This document shows positions 29,498 through 40,114 of a stretch of DNA of 64,000 bases, one piece after another; positions within the stretch are counted from its first letter, which is position 1, and every line of letters begins with the position of its first letter. This DNA comes from an uncultured Acidobacteriaceae bacterium. Lineage in GTDB: Bacteria; Acidobacteriota; Terriglobia; Terriglobales; Acidobacteriaceae. The translations under genes were made by a program, and so were the position numbers. Location: contig CAWBCZ010000015.1 in assembly GCA_963787435.1 (NCBI GenBank), forward strand, positions 58,827 to 122,826, given 5' to 3'. The notes beneath the pieces are model-generated. The model did not search any database, had not been told where the DNA came from, and was given only the letters and a program-made list of their open reading frames with translations.

Positions 29498-30925
29498 GTG
29501 ACCACGAGTCTTTTCGATCTTTACAAACTTGGCGTTGGACCTTCGAGTTCGCACACGATGGGCCCAATGCGCGCGGCGTGCCGCTTTGCACAAGAGCTCG
29601 AGTCGAAAGGCGAACTTGAGAATGTAAACCGCGTTCAGGTGAAGCTGTTTGGTTCGCTTGCCTTGACTGGGATGGGACATGGCACGGACCGAGCCGTGCT
29701 TCTGGGCTTGTCGGGGAATGAGCCGGCGACGATCGATCCTGCAGTGATTGAGGCAACGGTGGCGGAGATCCGTGCGAAGAAGGAGCTCAAGCTCGCAGGG
29801 ATACGATGTATCGGATTCAATGAGGCGCAGGATCTGCTCTTCGAGCGCGGGACCATGTTTCCGCCGGGAGCGCGCACGCAGCACCCGAATGGTCTGCGGC
29901 TGACGGCATATGACGGAACAGGGACCAAGGTCGATGAGCGCACCTTCTTTTCCATTGGTGGCGGATTCATCCTCGAGGATGGCATGGAGACGGCTTCGTC
30001 GGATGAGAGTGAGGAACTGCTGCCGTATCCCTTCCATAGTGCGGCGGAGTTGCTGGAAGTTGCGCGTGCGAAGGGATTGTCCATCGACCAGCTGATGATG
30101 GCGAACGAATGCGCGCGGCTGCGCGTCCATGATTCGAGTGCGAGCGATGCAGCGCTTGAGACACGCGTCCGCACCGGGATCGATGCAATCTGGCAGACGA
30201 TGAAATGCTGCATCGAGCGGGGCATCTCAACAGAAGGAATACTGCCGGGTGGGTTGAACGTTTGCCGCAGAGCGCACCGGCTGGCGGAGCGGCTCAAGGA
30301 GAAGGAAGCAACCGGGGGAGCCGGCGATCCACTGGCGCCGCTGGACTGGGTGACCGTGTACGCGATGGCGGTGAACGAAGAGAACGCCGCGGGCGGGCGA
30401 GTGGTGACGGCACCGACAAACGGAGCAGCGGGAGTGGTGCCAGCAGTGGCACTGTACTACGAGCGCTTCGTGCCGGGAGCGGATCACGAAGGGATCATTC
30501 GCTTCTTTCTGACTTCGGCGGCGATTGGAATTCTCTACAAGGAGAATGCGTCGATCAGCGGAGCAGAGGTCGGTTGTCAGGGCGAGGTGGGGGTGGCGTG
30601 TTCGATGGCGGCAGGTGGATTGATCGCCGCGATGGGTGGTACCAACGGGCAGGTGGAGCATGCGGCAGAGATCGCGATGGAGCACAACCTCGGCATGACG
30701 TGCGATCCGATTGGAGGGCTGGTGCAGATTCCATGCATCGAACGCAATGCGATGGGCGCGGTGAAGGCGGTGCATGCGTCGAGGATTTCGCAAAGCGACG
30801 CAGAGGAGCACAAGGTCTCGCTCGACCAGGTGATCCGGACGATGTACCTGACGGGCCTCGATATGCAATCGCGCTACAAAGAGACAAGCCTGGCCGGGCT
30901 TGCGCTGAATGTGATCGAGTGCTGA
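29498..30925 (+). CDS. sdaA: L-serine ammonia-lyase (iron-sulfur dependent, single chain)
   Basis: [22 protein letters not shown]-terminus and full-length SdaA-like sequence. The GTG at 29498 is chosen by N-terminal homology (ORF opens at 29408). Confidence 0.88.
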   Translation: MTTSLFDLYKLGVGPSSSHTMGPMRAACRFAQELESKGELENVNRVQVKLFGSLALTGMGHGTDRAVLLGLSGNEPATIDPAVIEATVAEIRAKKELKLAGIRCIGFNEAQDLLFERGTMFPPGARTQHPNGLRLTAYDGTGTKVDERTFFSIGGGFILEDGMETASSDESEELLPYPFHSAAELLEVARAKGLSIDQLMMANECARLRVHDSSASDAALETRVRTGIDAIWQTMKCCIERGISTEGILPGGLNVCRRAHRLAERLKEKEATGGAGDPLAPLDWVTVYAMAVNEENAAGGRVVTAPTNGAAGVVPAVALYYERFVPGADHEGIIRFFLTSAAIGILYKENASISGAEVGCQGEVGVACSMAAGGLIAAMGGTNGQVEHAAEIAMEHNLGMTCDPIGGLVQIPCIERNAMGAVKAVHASRISQSDAEEHKVSLDQVIRTMYLTGLDMQSRYKETSLAGLALNVIEC

Positions 30926-30980
30926 CCTGCGGACGCCGTTCTTTGTTGGGAGCCTGCTCTCTCGTCTAACATCCTCCTCA

Positions 30981-31841
30981 ATGGAACCCATCGACGAGCC
31001 CAGCGAAGAAGGATGCACAGAAGTGCAGGGATTCTCTGCGCCGAACGCCGAGCCTGCTGCACCCAAACCAACATTGATTGCTCCCGTGTGGCACACGGTG
31101 TTGCTGATCATCGGGATTCTTGCGGTATCGCTGCTTGGCGTTTACCGGCATCCGGGCGTTGGCGTAGTTGCTACGAATCGGCTTCACACCTACGGGGTGA
31201 CTGCGGGGCTTGAGCTGGTGCTTATGGGGTGGGTCGCCTTTGGTATGCGCCTGAGAGGAATTTCTCTGCGAAAGCTCTTTGGGAAGGTATCGAGCGATTT
31301 TCGCTCGATTGCGCTGGATGCGGGGATTGCCATTCTGTTCTGGATGGGTTCGATGATGGTGTTGGCGACGGTCGCTCTTCTGTGGTTCAGCATCGAGGCG
31401 ACTATCACGCATAAGTCCTTACCGATTCAGACCAGCCACACACGAAAGTCGATTGCGCCTGATCCATCACAGGAGAAGGCGGCGCGCGCCGTGGTGCAGC
31501 TGGCGCCGACGAATGGCAAGGAGATTGCGTGCTGGTTGTTGCTATGCGCGCTGGTGGGTGTTGCGGAAGAGCTTGTGTTTCGCGGGTATTTGCAACAGCA
31601 GTTCACTGCATGGGGTCGCGGTGCGGCGGTGGCCGGCGTGGTGTTCTCGGCGATGATGTTTGGTGCTGCGCATGGGTACGAAGGAGTGCGCGCGATGTTT
31701 TTGCTCGCAGTGTTCGGAGCACTCTTCAGCTTGCTCGCACTGTTTCGAAGAAACCTGCGCGCGGGAATTTTTGCTCACAGCTGGCACGATGCTTTCGCTG
31801 GATTGATGGTCGCGCTTCTCCATTCGCATCATGTTTTGTGA
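30981..31841 (+). CDS. CPBP family intramembrane glutamic endopeptidase (CAAX protease-like)
   Basis: Multi-TM protein with the motifs AEELVFRGYLQ and FGAAHG. Confidence 0.8.
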   Translation: MEPIDEPSEEGCTEVQGFSAPNAEPAAPKPTLIAPVWHTVLLIIGILAVSLLGVYRHPGVGVVATNRLHTYGVTAGLELVLMGWVAFGMRLRGISLRKLFGKVSSDFRSIALDAGIAILFWMGSMMVLATVALLWFSIEATITHKSLPIQTSHTRKSIAPDPSQEKAARAVVQLAPTNGKEIACWLLLCALVGVAEELVFRGYLQQQFTAWGRGAAVAGVVFSAMMFGAAHGYEGVRAMFLLAVFGALFSLLALFRRNLRAGIFAHSWHDAFAGLMVALLHSHHVL

Positions 31842-31915
31842 TCGGGAAGGAAGAGAGGGCGACTGCGGTCTGAAAAAATTGTTGCCACTTTTTCCACCTC
31901 ATTGTCGTTTTTTTC

Positions 31916-31944
31916 TTGACACTGAGATCGCATGAATCTATACA
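31916..31944 (+). promoter_or_regulatory. Candidate sigma-70-type promoter of the 23-codon ORF
   Basis: TTGACA (31916-31921), a 17-nt spacer, then TATACA (31939-31944). Confidence 0.45.
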
Positions 31945-32007
31945 TTCCTCAACTGCAACAAATGTTGCAGAACTCGATGCAAACCATCGAAAAGGGAGAA
32001 TAGGCAA

Positions 32008-32079
32008 ATGGCAACTAAGAAAGCAGCCAAGAAGGCACCCGCGAAGAAGGCCGCGAAGAAAACCGCGAAAAAGAAGTAA
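32008..32079 (+). CDS. Candidate 23-aa Lys/Ala-rich micro-protein MATKKAAKKAPAKKAAKKTAKKK
   Basis: ATG preceded by AAGGGAG 9 nt upstream. It is flanked by a consensus-like promoter and a 15-bp-stem terminator. It falls below the ORF-track length cutoff. Confidence 0.45.
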   Translation: MATKKAAKKAPAKKAAKKTAKKK

Positions 32080-32102
32080 CGGGTCATCCAACCAAAAAGG
32101 CA

Positions 32103-32138
32103 ACACCTCGGGGGACGCAACAGCGTCCCCCGAAGTGT
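32103..32138 (+). terminator. Rho-independent terminator after the micro-ORF
   Basis: ACACCTCGGGGGACGC-AACA-GCGTCCCCCGAAGTGT, 15 bp with one mismatch, followed by TTGTG. Confidence 0.65.
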
Positions 32139-32175
32139 TTGTGCGCATAAGCGGAAAGGTGCATGAATACAGGCG

Positions 32176-32925
32176 ATGACGCGACGTCGATGGATTGCCG
32201 AGCAATGGGATGAAGCTACCGCGACTCTCGCGGGGGCGCAGGCGGAGCACATGGTGCGCGTGCTGCGCGCTCAGCCTGGAGTGGAAGCGGACGTGGTTGC
32301 GGGAGGCCGCGTGTTCCACGCCGTGGTGGCTGGAATCTCGGACGGAGGGTCGGGCGAGACGGCGGAGGTGAGGTTCAATTTGATCGCCGAGGTCGAGTCC
32401 GAGCCCGCGATGCCCGTTACGCTGGTAATGTCGATTTTCAAGTTCGATCACATGGAGTGGGCGATCGAGAAAGCGACGGAATTAGGAGTCGCTGCGATCG
32501 TGCCGGTGATCGCGCGGCGCACTGAGAAGCATCTCGCGCAGGCTGCGACGAAGCGCGTGGAGCGATGGAGACGCATCGCGCATGAGGCTTCGCAGCAATC
32601 GCGGCGGTCTGATGTGCCGGTGATTCACGATCCGCTGAAGCTGTTGGATCATGTCAAGGCTGCATCCAGCTTGAAGCGGATCGTGCTGGCGGAGCAGGAG
32701 CGAACGACAACGCTGCGTGGGGCTCTTGAGGAAGCGATTGGCGCGGCAGGCGCAGAGATGCCGGATCTTGAAATTGCGATCGGTCCGGAGGGCGGATGGG
32801 CGCCGGATGAAGAAGCGCTCTTCGATGCGAATGGATGGCAGGCTGTATCGCTGGGGCCACGCATACTGCGCGCGGAGACGGCGGCGATCGCGGCGCTGGC
32901 GGTGGTGGCGTCGATGCTGGAGTAA
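32176..32925 (+). CDS. rsmE: 16S rRNA (uracil1498-N3)-methyltransferase
   Basis: PUA-like N-terminus and the SPOUT C-terminus IGPEGGWAPDEEALF...LGPRILRAETAAIAA. Confidence 0.85.
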   Translation: MTRRRWIAEQWDEATATLAGAQAEHMVRVLRAQPGVEADVVAGGRVFHAVVAGISDGGSGETAEVRFNLIAEVESEPAMPVTLVMSIFKFDHMEWAIEKATELGVAAIVPVIARRTEKHLAQAATKRVERWRRIAHEASQQSRRSDVPVIHDPLKLLDHVKAASSLKRIVLAEQERTTTLRGALEEAIGAAGAEMPDLEIAIGPEGGWAPDEEALFDANGWQAVSLGPRILRAETAAIAALAVVASMLE

Positions 32926-33027
32926 AGAGCGGCTTCCGGAGTTCCTGCTTTCCCACCCATGACTTCATCATGGATGGGGCACGCGAGGGTTGTGGCGTCG
33001 AGGCTCCGGCAGTTTTCTCAACGAAGA

Positions 33028-34658
33028 TTAAAGAGACACGCCGCGCTTCCAGGGGATGAAGTCGTTTTGGCCGAATTCCTCTGCCTTTGTGAAGCGATTG
33101 CCGCTGGCTACTTCAATGCACAAGTCGAGAAGCTGATCGGCGCATTGGGGGATCGTCGATTCTCCGGTGACGATGCCGCCTGCGTCGAAGTCGATGATGT
33201 CGCCCATGCGGGCCGCGAGCTGCGAGTTGGTGGAGATCTTAACGACGGGCGCAACAGGATTGCCGGTGGGAGTGCCGAGGCCGGTGGTGAAGAGCACGAG
33301 GTTCGCACCCGCACCAGCTTGCGCCGTGACGCACTCAACGTCGTTGCCGGGCGTGCAGAGCAGGGTGAGGCCGGGCGTGGTGGCGTACTGTGGAAAATCG
33401 AGCACGTCGCGCACGGGAGCGATGCCGCCTTTGCGCGCCGCGCCTGCGGACTTGATGGCGTCGGTGATGAGGCCGTCTTCGATGTTGCCGGGTGAGGGGT
33501 TCATCTCGAAGCCGGAGTGCACGGCCTTGGCGCGTGCGGAGTAGGCCTGCATGAGATCGAAGAAGCGCTGGGCGAGTTCATCGCTTGCGCAGCGATTGAT
33601 GAGTTCCTGCTCGACGCCGTGCAGTTCAGGGAATTCGCTGAGGATGGATTTGCCTCCGAGTTCGCCGAGCAGATCGGAGATGTAGCCGAGCGTGGGGTTG
33701 GCGGAGATGCCGCTGAAGCCGTCGGAGCCGCCGCACTTGAGTCCGATGGTCAGAGCGGAGAGTGGGGCGGGAGCGCGCGTGATGCGATTGGCTTCAACCA
33801 GGCCCGCAAATGTCTGCTCCAGTGCGCCGGTCATGAGGACGGTTTCGCGCCCGGAGCGCTGCTGATCGAAGAAGAGGACGGGCTTGGTCAGTTGGGATCG
33901 CGGGCGCGCAACTCGTCCATCAGCATGCTCGACTGTGCATTCTGACAGCCGAGGCTGAGCACAGTGGCGCCGGCGACGTTGGGATGGTGGATGTAGCCGG
34001 CGAGCAAGCCGCAGAGCGCCTGCGCGTCCTGGCGCGTGCCCCCGCAGCCTCCCTGGTGGGTGAGGAAACGAACGCCGTCGATGTTGGGGAAGATGCGGTC
34101 GGCGCGCGAGGGCGATTCTTGAGAGATGCCATTGCCGCTCGTCGACTGCTTTGAAATCAATTGCCGGACAAGCGGACGATAGCTGTTGTGCGAACTGCCA
34201 TAGCCGAGTTCTTCTTCGAGAGCCTCGCGCATGCGATCGACGTTGCGGTTTTCGCAGAACACGAGCGGGAGGACGAGCCAGTAGTTGCGCGTGCCTACCT
34301 GGCCGTCGGCGCGGTGATAGCCCATGAAGGTGCGACCGGACCAAGATGATGCGTCTGGAAGCGCGAAGGTAACGGGATGGCGCTGAGCGGTGTAGCCGCC
34401 GGTGCGGTGACGAACGTTGCGCGTGGAGAGCAGGCCGCCGCGGGCGATAGGCTGTGTCGCTTCGCCCACAACCATGCCGTACATGATGACGAGGTCGCCG
34501 GGATTCAGGTCGGCGAGAGCGAGCTTGTGCTTCGCAGGAATGTTCTCGGTGACGGGACAGGAACTTTGACCGATGTGCACTGTTGTTCCGGCTGCGAGCG
34601 GAACCAGGGCGACGAGGACGTTGTCGCGGGGATCGATTTGAAGAGCGGTGTCGGGCAT
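33028..34658 (-). pseudogene. UxaA family hydrolyase (altronate/galactarate dehydratase-like), one frame break
   Basis: The SAF N-terminus ([18 protein letters not shown]) and middle part lie in ORF 33888-35018. The C-terminal part ([15 protein letters not shown]...[13 protein letters not shown]) lies in ORF 33028-34692. They join at about 33893-33900 (ELRARDP / QLTKPVLFF). Confidence 0.85.
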
Positions 34659-34775
34659 GGGCCGGTTCCTCGATGACGGGCTGCGGAAACAATCTTCTTT
34701 AAAAAGGATATCGCCTAGAGACCAATCGATGGAGACTGCTCGGCTATGATCGAGAGTTCGCTGAGGTGTTGAGAA

Positions 34776-35787
34776 ATGAAGGCGATTGTGCTGGAAGGGC
34801 CGGGACGCGCCGGTGTGAAAGAAGTTGAAAAGGCGTGTACCGGCGAGGGCGAGGTCTTGCTGCGAGTGCGGATGGTCGGGTTGTGCGGAAGCGATTTGAA
34901 TTCGTATCGGGGCAGAAATCCACTGGTGAGCTATCCGCGCATTCCTGGGCATGAGATCGCGGCGACGGTGGTGGATCCGGGATCCAATTCGGAGTGGGAG
35001 AGCGGGAACAGCGGTCACACTTTCACCCTACGCAGCCTGCGGACGCTGCGCTGCTTGTGAGCGAGGCCGGCCGAACGCATGCAGCGATAACCAGACGCTC
35101 GGGGTGCAGCGCGATGGGGCGCTGACAGAGTTGATTGCGGTGCCGGCGGCGAAGCTGTATCGGGCGAACCTCACGCTGAAGGAACTGTGCCTGGTTGAGC
35201 CGCTTACGGTGGGCTTCCATGCGGTGGGGCGTGGGCGCGTGACCGCAGAGGACACTGTGGCCGTGATTGGTTGTGGCGGCGTGGGGCTGGGCGTGGTGGC
35301 GGGCGCGGCGTTTCGAGGAGCGCGGGTGATCGGCATCGATCTGGATGACGACAAGCTGGAGACGGCGCGGAAGGCGGGCGCGACCGAGGCCATCAACTCG
35401 AAGACGAGCGATGTGCATGCGCAGCTCATGGAGCTGACGAATGGGCGTGGACCGGATGTGGTGATTGAGGCGATTGGCTTGCCGGCGACGTATCGTGCGG
35501 CCGTGGAAGAGGTGGCCTACGCGGGGCGCGTGGTGTACATCGGCTGGGCCAAGGAGGAGGTTGCCTATGAGACGCGACCCTTCGTGCACAAGGAACTCGA
35601 CATTCTCGGTTCGCGTAACGCCATGCCGGAAGATTTTCGCGAAGTGATCCGGATGCTGGAGGCGAAGCGCTTTCCGGTGGATGCCGCGGTGACGCACATG
35701 GTGCCCTTCGAAGAGACGCCGAAGATTCTGGAGGAGTGGAGCCGCGAGCCGGCGCGATTCACCAAGATCATGGTCGAGGTGAGCTGA
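34776..35787 (+). pseudogene. Zinc-binding medium-chain alcohol/polyol dehydrogenase, one frame break
   Basis: GLCGSDL and GHE lie in the first frame. [17 protein letters not shown], the structural Zn site, and the GCGGVGLG Rossmann motif lie in the second frame. The shift is near 35000. Confidence 0.8.
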
Positions 35788-35825
35788 ACGCGACTGTATG
35801 TTCAGCATGCGCGCCGGCTCGGCGT

Positions 35826-36554
35826 TTAGAGCTTCGCAAAGTGCAGGAGCACGCCTGCAAGCGCGCCGCCCGTCAACGGACCGAGCACGGGGATGGCTGC
35901 GTAGCTCCAGTTGGAACCGCCTTTGCCGGGGATGGGCAGCAGCGCGTGGGCGAGTCGCGGGCCGAGGTCGCGCGCGGGGTTGATGGCATAGCCCGTTGTT
36001 CCGCCTAGCGAGAGACCGATTCCCCACACGAGGCTGCCAACGAGCCATTGACCCATTCCCGGGGCTGGTCCAGTGTTCGAGACGCCGTGCGAGAAGATGG
36101 CGCCCGCGACAATGACGAGGACCATGGTGCCGATTACTTCGCTGATGAAGTTGGCCATGGGATGGTGGATGGCGCCGTTGGTGCAGAAGACTCCGAGTTT
36201 CGCTGCAGGGTCGGGTGTGATCGACCAGTGGGGCGCATAGTGCAGTGCCATCAGGGCCGCGCCACAAATGGCTCCCAGCATCTGTGCGGACCACAGCGAG
36301 AGCAGCTGCGAGTAGTTGCCGCTGGACACTGCGGTGGAGAGCGTGATGGCGGGATTGAGATTCGCGCCGGGGCTGCCGAATGCCTGAGCCACGAGCACCC
36401 CGCAAAGCACGGCGATAGCCCAGCCGGTGGTGACCACCATCCAGCCGGAATCTGCCGCATAGGATTTGCGGAGGGTGACGGCGGCATTGACGCCGTTGCC
36501 GAGCAGGATGAGAACAAGGGTGCCGATAAACTCACCAAACCATGGAGAGTGCAT
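35826..36554 (-). CDS. glpF: MIP family channel (glycerol facilitator type aquaporin)
   Basis: Two NPA boxes are present (NPAITL and NPARDLGPRLAH). The Asp after the second NPAR is GlpF-like. Confidence 0.85.
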   Translation of the reverse strand: MHSPWFGEFIGTLVLILLGNGVNAAVTLRKSYAADSGWMVVTTGWAIAVLCGVLVAQAFGSPGANLNPAITLSTAVSSGNYSQLLSLWSAQMLGAICGAALMALHYAPHWSITPDPAAKLGVFCTNGAIHHPMANFISEVIGTMVLVIVAGAIFSHGVSNTGPAPGMGQWLVGSLVWGIGLSLGGTTGYAINPARDLGPRLAHALLPIPGKGGSNWSYAAIPVLGPLTGGALAGVLLHFAKL

Positions 36555-36620
36555 ATTTTCTTTCCTGTGATTGCGGAATGAGTGTCGCAGATCAACACCG
36601 GGATGATCAACCGAGGACGA

Positions 36621-37034
36621 TCAGAACCAGGTCCTTCGCCGGTACTCCACGTATTGGTCGCCAAACTTCGCCTCCAGGACTTCCGCTTCGTTCCGGCTGC
36701 GCACGACCTGCATGGGAATGAGAATCGCAAAGATAAGCAGAAGCCATGGATTGCCGAGCCAGATGATGAGACCGAGAAGGACGAGCATGCCAAAGACGTA
36801 AATTGGGTTCCGGATTCGCGAGTAGAGGCCCGAAGTGACCAGGATCGAGGCCTTGGCGCTGACGCTGAATGCGCGGCCCAGTTGAAACCGTGCAACCACG
36901 AACAACACAAGAGCAGGCAGGGCGATCGACAATCCAACAATCCGGTTGAGCGCCCACGGCATTCCTGCTGCCTGTAGAAAGAAGAGCGCTACGCCCAGGG
37001 CGATAATTGCCAGTGTCACTATGTTCAGTTTCAT
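36621..37034 (-). CDS. Isoprenylcysteine carboxyl methyltransferase (ICMT/PEMT-like) family membrane protein
   Basis: GLYSRIRNPIYVFGML and EAEVLEAKFGDQYVEYRRRT are typical of the family. Its start overlaps the upstream stop as TAATG. Confidence 0.7.
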   Translation of the reverse strand: MKLNIVTLAIIALGVALFFLQAAGMPWALNRIVGLSIALPALVLFVVARFQLGRAFSVSAKASILVTSGLYSRIRNPIYVFGMLVLLGLIIWLGNPWLLLIFAILIPMQVVRSRNEAEVLEAKFGDQYVEYRRRTWF

Positions 37035-38092
37035 TAGCGTGCTCCTTCATTCGTTGTTGCCGGCTGGCGGGGCCATTGCGCAAGCAAGGCATTCACGACC
37101 TCGTGTCCAACCTTGTAGGCCGCCTCGAGCGACGGCAGGTAAGCGCTGTATGTTCCCACGCGCTGATGGGCAAGGCTCTCGGCGGCGGTCATGCCGCGCG
37201 GCTGCTGGTCGAAGTTGCTGACGGTACGCAGCACGAGAATGCGTTGCCAGTCGACGCGACCTGCCTGCGCGAGATATTTGAGCGACTGCAGGGTGCCGGT
37301 GTCCTCCATGGCTGTTGTTTCGAATTGGCCTTTGCCGCCGGTGAAGTAGCTGAGCCATTCGCTGGCCCATGCGTCTGAGAGCTTGCCGTGCCAGTAGGTG
37401 GACGAGGAGACTTCGTCGCCGAGCGTGACGAAGGGCGGGCGCTGGGCAGCGGCGCCGTCGAATTTAGCGCGTATCTCCTTGAGTGCGTCGGGATCGTCGA
37501 GGGGTGTGTTGCGTGTGAGGTTATACGCCCACTGTGCGAGCCCCGCATTGAGTTCGTAGACCTGACCGTCGAGCGGGGTGGGGGGTGGCTCAAAGGGACG
37601 CGTCTTCCGCAGAGGCACGTAGCCGGTGGACCAGTCCTGCGGTATTTCGCGGGGATCGATCTCATAGCCGAGGTCACCGTCGACAACCCAGCGCGCCCAT
37701 GCGGCTGAGCCGAGCGAGATGCGATCGGGGCTGCCACCGGCGATGCCTGCGATAAGCCAATAGGCGTGAGAGAAATCGAAGCGCGGATCAAGGCCGAGCG
37801 CCATGATGGTGGCTGCGGCATGTGCTGTGCCCTGGCCGGTGAGGATCGCCATCTCGCCGTCCTTGTTCATGCGGGCGGCATGATAGCCGGCGGGAAGGGG
37901 ATAAATCTTGTCGAGATGATCGCGCTCGACCCAGTACTGGAGTTCGCCGGGTGCGTCGCCGGTGTCCTGGCCGACTTCAAACATGGCGACGATGACTACC
38001 TTGACCTGGATGGGGCGCGGCTTGGCGGATGCGATGGATGCGAAGGCGACGAGCCCCAGCAGGATGGCAAGACATCGAGTGCGAAGGATCAT
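37034..38092 (-). CDS. Purine nucleoside permease (NUP family), secreted
   Basis: Signal peptide, then VVIVAMFEVGQDTGDAPGELQYWVER and WLIAGIAGG, which resemble my recollection of PF06516-type proteins. Confidence 0.7.
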   Translation of the reverse strand: MILRTRCLAILLGLVAFASIASAKPRPIQVKVVIVAMFEVGQDTGDAPGELQYWVERDHLDKIYPLPAGYHAARMNKDGEMAILTGQGTAHAAATIMALGLDPRFDFSHAYWLIAGIAGGSPDRISLGSAAWARWVVDGDLGYEIDPREIPQDWSTGYVPLRKTRPFEPPPTPLDGQVYELNAGLAQWAYNLTRNTPLDDPDALKEIRAKFDGAAAQRPPFVTLGDEVSSSTYWHGKLSDAWASEWLSYFTGGKGQFETTAMEDTGTLQSLKYLAQAGRVDWQRILVLRTVSNFDQQPRGMTAAESLAHQRVGTYSAYLPSLEAAYKVGHEVVNALLAQWPRQPATTNEGAR

Positions 38093-38122
38093 TGATTGCG
38101 ATGGTAACTAAAGACAGCGAAT

Positions 38123-38145
38123 CGGGAATAGGAAAACGGGAATAG
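38123..38145. repeat. Direct repeat CGGGAATAG x2 (14-bp period) in a divergent promoter region
   Basis: Copies at 38123-38131 and 38137-38145, between the NUP gene (-) and the asparaginase gene (+). Confidence 0.5.
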
Positions 38146-38228
38146 AGATTAGTGGGGCTCGCGGGTTATACCATGATCGATAAGTCTGATTCGTGTGGTG
38201 ATGGTGTATTTCCTGGGAGGTCATCCAA

Positions 38229-39300
38229 GTGAGATTGGCGATTGGCGTGTGTATGTTGATGGGGTTGGTTGCGGGAGCTGTTTCGGGAGCTTATGCGCAG
38301 CAGCCGGCGCATCACTGGGCGATTGTGGTGCATGGCGGAGCGGGCGTCATTGAGAAGTCGGCGCTGACACCTGATGGCGACAAGGCGTATCGTGCGGGGC
38401 TCGATCGGGCGATTCATGCCGGTGCCGCCGTTCTGGACAAGGGTGGGTCGGCGATGGACGCGGTTGAGGCCGCGCTCCATGTCTTCGAGGATGATCCACT
38501 GTTTAACGCCGGCAAGGGCGCGGTGTTTACGCGCGAAGGCAAGAACGAGATGGACGCATCCATCATGGACGGATCGAATCTGAAGGCTGGCGCGGTTGCC
38601 GGGGTTACGCGGCCGCGTCATCCCATCAGCGCGGCGCGGGCGGTGATGGAGAAGTCGCCGCATGTGATGATCGCCGGGCCGGGCGCCGATGCATTCGCTG
38701 AGAGCGTAGGGCTGGAGATGGAGCCGCCCAGCTACTTCTTTACGGAGAGCCGGTGGCAGTCGCTGGTGAAGCAGCTCAAGCGGGAAGGCAAGCCGATTCC
38801 GCCGAGGCCTGCGGGCGTTCCGCCAGAGGGCAGCGACGGTGCCGGTTGCAGCCTTCGACGAGTCGCCCGATATGCACCGCTATGGAACCACGGGCGTGGT
38901 GGCGCTCGACAAGCAGGGCAACATTGCCGCAGGCACGTCTACCGGAGGAATGCAGGCGAAGATGCCTGGGCGCATCGGTGACTCGCCGATTATCGGAGCG
39001 GGCACGTATGCGTCGAACCAGTCATGCGCTGTGTCAGGCACTGGCACGGGCGAGTACTTCATCAGGCTGGGCGTGGCGCGCGAAGTTTGCAACCTGGTGT
39101 TCTACAAGGGCATGAAACTGCAGGATGCAGTGGACCACGTAATCCACAAGGAGCTTGAAGATCTCCATGGTGACGGCGGCGTGATTGCGATTACTCCTGA
39201 TGGTCAACTGGCGTGGAGTTTCAATACGCCGGGAATGTTTCGCGCGCGGCTGGTCGAGGGAGGACAGGTGCAGATGGGGATTTATCGCGACGAGCCTTGA
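38229..39300 (+). pseudogene. Isoaspartyl peptidase / L-asparaginase (Ntn hydrolase), one frame break
   Basis: The signal peptide and alpha subunit (HGGAG, DPLFNAGKGAVFT) lie in frame 1. The beta subunit beginning GTTGVVALD...GDSPIIGAG lies in frame 2. The shift is at about 38835-38845. Confidence 0.85.
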
Positions 39301-39330
39301 TCGGCGGCGATATACTCTCCGCTCTCTCTC

Positions 39331-40056
39331 TTGATGCAGGAGATGAATGTGTCTTTCAAGCCTCTCAGTGTTGCGGCGATCCTCGACAAACTGGAGGCGT
39401 TCTATGGCACCCAGGAGCCGCGCTGGCCGGTTGAGCCGTATCCGTTCCTGATCTGGTGGCACTGCGGGTACCCGGCAAGCGATGCGACCTGCACCCGCGG
39501 ATGGAATGCGCTGAACAAGGAAGTCGGAATCGAGCCGCGCCAGATTCTAAATGCGACGCAGGCAAAGCTAGCTCGCGCACTGAAGGCCGGTGGCATGGTG
39601 CCGGAGTTGAGAGCGATGCGTCTGCAGCAGATCGCCGAGCGCGTAGAGAACGAATTTGGCGGGGATCTCCGCAAGGCCCTGGTCGGACGAATCGAGGATG
39701 TTCGAAAGAAACTCAAGAAGTTCCCTGGAATTGCCGATCCTGGTGTAGATCGCATTTTTCTCTTCGGCAAGGTTTCGCCGGTGGCCGCGGTGGCCTCGAA
39801 TTGTCCTCATGTCCTGGTGCGCATTCAGTTGGGGCTGGAGCGCGAGAACTACGGGGTTATTTATCGCGAGGCTCAGTCCCTGATCGAGGCAGAGGTTCAG
39901 AAGCAGTTCCACCCGAGGATGCGCGCCTACCTGCTGTTGAAGGAACACGGACAGACGCTTTGCAAGCGCAGCAAGCCCAAATGTGGAGAGTGCCCCGTCA
40001 GTGCGCATTGCGCGTATTTCGCCGGCAAGGATCGAGGACGAAGCCGACCGCAGTGA
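39331..40056 (+). CDS. Endonuclease III-like HhH / [4Fe-4S] DNA glycosylase family protein
   Basis: The helix-hairpin-helix motif LKKFPGIADPGVDRIFLFG is present. The C-terminal C-x6-C-x2-C-x5-C cluster is CKRSKPKCGECPVSAHC. Confidence 0.7.
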   Translation: MMQEMNVSFKPLSVAAILDKLEAFYGTQEPRWPVEPYPFLIWWHCGYPASDATCTRGWNALNKEVGIEPRQILNATQAKLARALKAGGMVPELRAMRLQQIAERVENEFGGDLRKALVGRIEDVRKKLKKFPGIADPGVDRIFLFGKVSPVAAVASNCPHVLVRIQLGLERENYGVIYREAQSLIEAEVQKQFHPRMRAYLLLKEHGQTLCKRSKPKCGECPVSAHCAYFAGKDRGRSRPQ

Positions 40057-40114
40057 CACCGACCCCCCGATTTCCCTATCGCCGGGAAATCGATTCCTCA
40101 ACTAAACTTTTCGC

